From: an uncultured Verrucomicrobiae bacterium
GTDB taxonomy: Bacteria > Verrucomicrobiota > Verrucomicrobiia > Limisphaerales > Palsa-1400
NCBI GenBank assembly: GCA_963764165.1
Contig: CAVXRD010000002.1
Span: 3,392,001 to 3,456,000 of the forward strand
DNA length: 64,000 nucleotides
Direction: 5' to 3'
Shown here: in pieces, positions 57,184 through 64,000 of the stretch
How positions within the stretch are numbered: position 1 is the stretch's first letter
How the letters are laid out: each line of letters begins with the position of its first letter
The notes under the pieces: generated by a model
Databases searched by the model: none
What the model was told of the DNA's origin: nothing
The model's input: the letters and a program-made list of their open reading frames with translations, nothing else
Made by a program: the position numbers and the translations under genes

Positions 57184-58104
57184 TTATTTATCGCGCTTCA
57201 GCAAGTATTCCGCCAAGGCAGCCAGTGCGGGGGCTTTCCCTTTGAACGCTTTCAGCGCGGCGAAGGCTTTGTTCGTTAATTGCGTGGCAATCGCGCGGGA
57301 CTTTTCCATTCCCAAAATCGAAGGGTAAGTCGCTTTCTCCGCGGCTGTGTCTTTGCCCGCTGTCTTGCCCAATTGCGCGCTCGTCTGGGTGACGTCAAGA
57401 ATGTCGTCAATAATTTGAAACGCGAGGCCGACGTTGTATCCAAAATCCGTCAAGGCGCGCAGATGGCTCGGAGTGGCGTTCGCGCTCATGCCGCCAAGGC
57501 GAACCGAACAGCAGAGCAGCGCGGAAGTTTTTCGCTCGTGGATGAATTTCAGTTCGTCCGCGGAAAGTTTTTTTCCTTCGCCTTCGAGATCGGCGACCTG
57601 GCCGGCGATGAGCTGTTTCGAGCCGGAAGCTTCCGCCAATTCCGCCACGAGATCGCGATGCGAATAGCGGGGCCAGCTTTTGCTCGTGGCAATAATGGCG
57701 AAGGCTTCTGTCAACAATCCATCGCCCGCCAAAATCGCAATGCCTTCGCCAAAAACTTTGTGGTTGGTCGGTTTGCCGCGGCGCAAATCATCGTCATCCA
57801 TCGCCGGCAAATCGTCGTGGATAAGCGAGTAAGTGTGAATGCACTCAACTGCGCAGGCGAGAGGCAGGGCGTCAGCGATTTTTCCCCCGCAAGCCTCGGC
57901 GGCCGCCAGGCAAAGCGCGGGACGCAGGCGCTTTCCACCGGCGAAAATCGAATAGCGCATAGCCTTGTGAATGGTGGCAGGCTTGAGTTTTTCCGGCGGC
58001 AGAAAATGGTCGAGCGCGCGATCCACCGCCGCGGTGCGGTCGGCCAGATAGGCGCTCAGGTCGAAAGGTTTGGCGATTGGCTTCGTCCCGTTGTTTTTTC
58101 CCAT
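57184..58104 (-). CDS. ispA: Farnesyl/geranylgeranyl diphosphate synthase
   Basis: GGKRLRP, HTYSLIHDDLPAMDDDDLRRGKPT, GQ..D, FQI.DDILD, GKD. Confidence 0.92.
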   Translation of the reverse strand: MGKNNGTKPIAKPFDLSAYLADRTAAVDRALDHFLPPEKLKPATIHKAMRYSIFAGGKRLRPALCLAAAEACGGKIADALPLACAVECIHTYSLIHDDLPAMDDDDLRRGKPTNHKVFGEGIAILAGDGLLTEAFAIIATSKSWPRYSHRDLVAELAEASGSKQLIAGQVADLEGEGKKLSADELKFIHERKTSALLCCSVRLGGMSANATPSHLRALTDFGYNVGLAFQIIDDILDVTQTSAQLGKTAGKDTAAEKATYPSILGMEKSRAIATQLTNKAFAALKAFKGKAPALAALAEYLLKRDK

Positions 58105-58105
58105 A

Positions 58106-60307
<2,202 letters not shown>

Positions 60308-60322
60308 AATCTGAACTGTAAC

Positions 60323-60541
60323 TCAGCTATGACGGAATGTAATGCGAGCTTTGCCTAAATCGTATGGGGACATTTCCACGTTGACCTTGTCGCCCACACT
60401 TATGCGAATGAAGTTTTTACGCATCTTGCCCGAGATATGGGCAAGCACTTCATGACCGTTCGGCAGAGCCACTCGAAACATTGTGCCCGGGAGCACTTGG
60501 GTGACAGTACCTTCCAATTCAATAGGCTCTTCTTTCGGCAC
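60323..60541 (-). CDS. infA: Translation initiation factor IF-1
   Basis: [29 protein letters not shown]. Confidence 0.97.
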   Translation of the reverse strand: MPKEEPIELEGTVTQVLPGTMFRVALPNGHEVLAHISGKMRKNFIRISVGDKVNVEMSPYDLGKARITFRHS

Positions 60542-60561
60542 AGGACTGCTTTCTCTTCGGG

Positions 60562-62469
60562 TTAGGCGGTGGGTGTAACTGGCACCTCCTCGGCGGCAAC
60601 CGGCTCGGCTGGCGGCGCCGCTTGGGTGGCGACGGGCGCGACCAGCGAGTTCACCGGGTATGCGACGATGGAATCAATGCGATAACGCTTCCGGGCATTC
60701 TCGGTGGCAACTTCGACTTCTTCCTGAACCTTGCGATTGAGAATCGACTGGGCCACGGGTGTCAAATAACTGATAATGCCCTTGTCGGGATCCGAATCCC
60801 AGGCGCCGGCGATGATGAAGTGCTCCGGGCCTTGCGTCTCAAGATCGGTCAGCTTCACTTCCGTGCCAATGCTCACCACGTCGACGCGCGGATTGGAAAA
60901 GTCCGTGCCGCGGGCGCGCAAAATCTGGGCTTCCAGCTCGCTCTTGCGGCGCATCAAAATTTTCTGCATTTCCTTGGCCGCTTTATATTCGTGGTTCTCG
61001 CGCAAATCGCCGTAGCTGCGGGCGATCGCGATTTCCTTGGAATTCGCCGGGATGGATTTCTGCACCAGCTCGGCGTATTCGTTTTTGCGCCGCTCCAAAC
61101 TGTCCCACGAAACGAGGAAGGTGACGTCCTGATTGGTCTTTTCCCCGGAGATCATGGACTGCATGGCCGGATACGTCTTGACGATGCGGGCCAGCAGCGA
61201 GCGCTTGTCCATGTCGTCGAAGCACGGTGACAATTGCAGGGCGCGGGTCAAATCCTTGATGATCTCCAAGTCCGCCGAGCCGATCAATTCCACCAGCAGC
61301 GAAGGATCGTCGATGATGAAGTCGCGAAGCTTATTGGAGCGTTTCTCGTTGAACTGGTCGCGTTCCATCGCTGTCAGCATGGCGCGGAATACTTCCGGCC
61401 CAAGAATATCGGCGTAGGAATCGGAGCGCTCACGGGCGAGCCACAGGAGCAATTCGCTGCTCGCCTGATGCTGGCTGATGAGGCGGGCCAGAAGGTCTTT
61501 GAGCGAATCGGGCTTCCCTCCGGTAATAAGCGCGTGCGCCACTTCCCCGGCCAACTTGGCGGAGACGTGGTTGAGCGACGAAAGCAAGGCGTCAGCCCAA
61601 TGCGCGGGATTGTTTTCCTTAAACGATTGCAGCGCCCGCCGGTGCTTGGCGGCCGGCATGAGTTCCAGCACGGCGCCGATGTGCGACATCTCCTGATACC
61701 AGACCGCCTGCGCCAGGATTTCGGTTTCGCCCGGTTTTGTTCCGGCGGCTTCGTGCAATTCGTCGCGGATAAAAATGGCTTCCAGCGCGATGGACGGCTG
61801 GGTGCGTTGATGCGTCGCAATTTCCGCATTGAGCGCGGTGATGGCTTCCTTGGCCATGGCCGCGCCATTCGTCAAATCAGCGTAATTGCGGAGAAGCTCC
61901 TGCGCGACGGCGGTGCGGGCCTTCAGGCCTTTGGCGGCCCGGAATTCGCCCATCAGCCGGTCCTGCATCGAAACTTCCTTCACCTGGTAAATGATCGGAT
62001 CGGACTTCTTGGCAGGGACATTGAAGTGGCCGTCCTTTTTGAGTTCGCGCTTGGCGCCTTCCCACCATTTCTTCCAGTCGTCTTTGATGACATCCGGCAC
62101 CAGAACATGCTGGATTTGATCAATGGTGGCGCGATTGCCAAAGCTCTGCAGCACCAGTTTGATCAAATCCAAATGATGCAATGCCGCCATCTGGCGCAAA
62201 TTCTCGATATCCGATACTTTGCGGGCGTAAATGTGGTCTTTGGAAATCGGTTTGAGCGATTCCGCCGCGAACGTCAGATCCATCGTGTGTCCCGCTTTGC
62301 CGGTGAAATCGATCACGCAACGGCTGAAAACGGGGTCAATCGACATGATCTTACCAAAGCCCCAGCTGCGATGGTAACAATACCCATTGTCGTTCAAGGC
62401 CACCAGCGCCTCGACGTGTTGTCTCGTCAGTTTGCCGGTTGCCGCAAGTTTTTCTAATTCTTCTTTCAT
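60562..62469 (-). CDS. greA: Long-form GreA/GreB elongation factor with about 450-aa N-terminal extension
   Basis: C-terminal [22 protein letters not shown]. Confidence 0.85.
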   Translation of the reverse strand: MKEELEKLAATGKLTRQHVEALVALNDNGYCYHRSWGFGKIMSIDPVFSRCVIDFTGKAGHTMDLTFAAESLKPISKDHIYARKVSDIENLRQMAALHHLDLIKLVLQSFGNRATIDQIQHVLVPDVIKDDWKKWWEGAKRELKKDGHFNVPAKKSDPIIYQVKEVSMQDRLMGEFRAAKGLKARTAVAQELLRNYADLTNGAAMAKEAITALNAEIATHQRTQPSIALEAIFIRDELHEAAGTKPGETEILAQAVWYQEMSHIGAVLELMPAAKHRRALQSFKENNPAHWADALLSSLNHVSAKLAGEVAHALITGGKPDSLKDLLARLISQHQASSELLLWLARERSDSYADILGPEVFRAMLTAMERDQFNEKRSNKLRDFIIDDPSLLVELIGSADLEIIKDLTRALQLSPCFDDMDKRSLLARIVKTYPAMQSMISGEKTNQDVTFLVSWDSLERRKNEYAELVQKSIPANSKEIAIARSYGDLRENHEYKAAKEMQKILMRRKSELEAQILRARGTDFSNPRVDVVSIGTEVKLTDLETQGPEHFIIAGAWDSDPDKGIISYLTPVAQSILNRKVQEEVEVATENARKRYRIDSIVAYPVNSLVAPVATQAAPPAEPVAAEEVPVTPTA

Positions 62470-62515
62470 CGCTAAATTCTCCGCGTCCCACTAGTTTCCC
62501 TTCCAATATAAATCT

Positions 62516-63790
62516 GTGACGAATCAGAAACCAAGACAAATTGCGGTGCGTATTTTGCGCCAGCGCCAGAACTCTGGGGATTTTGTGGAAAAGCTGCTGG
62601 AGCTGGAGCTGGCCACCCAAGCGCTTTCCGGCCCCGACCGCGCCCTCTGCCAGGAATTGGTCTACGGCATGGTGCGCTGGCAGGGAACTCTCGACTGGCT
62701 GGTGGCGCGGAAAACGGCGGGGCGCGAGCAAGCTGCCGCGCTGCGAGCGCTGCTGCACCTCGGCTTGTATCAAATTTTCTGGCTGGAACGGATTCCCGAC
62801 CACGCGGCGGTGCATGAGACGGTGGAATTGGCCAAGGAACTGGGCTTTGGCCAGCGGGCGGGATTCTTGAATGCGGTGTTGCGCGGCTACATTCGCGAAC
62901 GCGACCAAACGCGCGGGTTGCTGGAGTCGTTGAAGGAAACGGACCCAGCCGTTGGTTTCTCGCACCCGGCCTGGCTGGTCGAGCGTTGGCAAGCCCGCTG
63001 GGGCAAGGACAAGACGGCTCTTCTGCTGGCGTGGGACAACAGTCCGCCGCCAACCTATGCGCGGCTGAACGAATTGAAAACCGACGGCGCCCGCCTGCCG
63101 ATCCGATGGGCGGGGGAAGGCGTGTCGTTTGAGGAGCGTCGATTCGATTGGGCGCCAGCGCGTTCTGTTTTCGAAATGTCGAAGCACCCGCCGCTGACGA
63201 CGATGGGAAGTTTTCAGGACGGCTGGTTTTACATTCAGGACCCGAGCACGCTCCTTTCGACCCGGCAGGTCGATCCGCAACCCGGCGAGACGATTCTCGA
63301 TATGTGCGCCGCACCCGGCGGCAAAACAACGGACATGGCCGCGCGCATGGGCAACCGCGGGCTCATCGTTGCGGAGGACGTCCAGCCGGCGCGATTGAAA
63401 TTGCTCGAGGACAATTGCCGCCGCCTCGGAGCGACCTGTGTTGAACTCAAATCGGAGGCGAAACTTTACGACCGCATTCTCGTTGACGCTCCCTGCTCCA
63501 ACACTGGCGTCTTGCGGCGGCGCGTTGATGTGCGCTGGCGTGTCCAACCGACGGAACTTTCGCGCCTCAGCGCCACGCAGTCGGCGCTGTTGGGCCGCGC
63601 CGTTGGAGAATTGAAGCCGCGTGGCACGCTGGTTTATAGCACGTGCAGTCTCGAGGAGGATGAAAACGAAAATGTCATTAAACAATTCTTGACGGAGCAT
63701 CCCGATTTCCATTTGGAGAACGAGCGCCAGTTGCTTCCCTTCGTCGATGGCGTGGATGGGGCCTACGTTGCGACGATGCGCCGCAAGTAG
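62516..63790 (+). CDS. rsmB: 16S rRNA m5C967 methyltransferase
   Basis: NusB-like N-terminus, QD.S, DMCAAPGGKT, DAPCSNTG, YSTCS...ENE. Confidence 0.93.
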   Translation: MTNQKPRQIAVRILRQRQNSGDFVEKLLELELATQALSGPDRALCQELVYGMVRWQGTLDWLVARKTAGREQAAALRALLHLGLYQIFWLERIPDHAAVHETVELAKELGFGQRAGFLNAVLRGYIRERDQTRGLLESLKETDPAVGFSHPAWLVERWQARWGKDKTALLLAWDNSPPPTYARLNELKTDGARLPIRWAGEGVSFEERRFDWAPARSVFEMSKHPPLTTMGSFQDGWFYIQDPSTLLSTRQVDPQPGETILDMCAAPGGKTTDMAARMGNRGLIVAEDVQPARLKLLEDNCRRLGATCVELKSEAKLYDRILVDAPCSNTGVLRRRVDVRWRVQPTELSRLSATQSALLGRAVGELKPRGTLVYSTCSLEEDENENVIKQFLTEHPDFHLENERQLLPFVDGVDGAYVATMRRK

Positions 63791-63816
63791 GTTGCGCTTC
63801 CAGCATTAGCAAACCG

Positions 63817-63943
63817 CGGTAGGGCGAGGCTCCTGCCGAGCCGCTCCCATGACTCCCATGATTCCCATTCCTCTCATAAAAATGGGACTGATGGGAGAAA
63901 TGGGAATAATGGGAAACGGCTCGGCAGGAGCCTCGCCCTACCG
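63817..63943. repeat. REP dyad, family A, with perfect 27-bp arms enclosing a 9-bp-periodic ladder hairpin
   Basis: CGGTAGGGCGAGGCTCCTGCCGAGCCG / CGGCTCGGCAGGAGCCTCGCCCTACCG; inner (TCCCATNNN)x3 and (ATGGGANNN)x3-4. Confidence 0.9.
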
Positions 63944-64000
63944 AGAGTCAATAATAATTACAACGTCCTGCGGAACAGCAACGTCGCCGCAGTGATCGAC

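Overview
A 64-kb, GC-rich, gene-dense bacterial chromosomal window. Gene content (long-form GreA, DUF1559/H-X9-DG prepilin-type proteins, three ECF sigma factors, sedolisin with an Ig-like tail) suggests Verrucomicrobiota/PVC; this is inference. Housekeeping genes: DinG-like helicase (partial), a uvrA paralogue, deoC, plsY-gpsA, ispA, glgB, infA, greA-like, rsmB. The best candidate for an undescribed system is a tightly coupled 7-gene operon (23961->14402, minus): ABC permease, three different SPFH/HflK-HflC-like proteins, a His-rich P1B-type ATPase, ABC ATPase and a second ABC permease. No ftsH is in the window, and a sigma54 two-component system is divergent. Three apparently intact IS elements can be delimited from the sequence. 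An IS630 (A-AAA-AAG -1 frameshift) splits an S53 protease in frame. An IS1182 and an IS4-family element each landed at the hairpin apex of a different REP/REPIN-like repeat, and uninterrupted sister copies are present in the window. At least six families of short inverted-repeat elements occupy intergenic gaps, including periodic 9- and 10-bp ladder hairpins. Other points: a PIN toxin broken by one in-frame TAG, a four-PDZ HtrA coupled to a catalytically degenerate trypsin-fold partner, a degenerate nucleotidyltransferase coupled to UvrA, and a YtrA-like operator over a sigma70 promoter. No rRNA, tRNA or CRISPR array was recognised. All family calls come from motif recognition by eye, not database searches.
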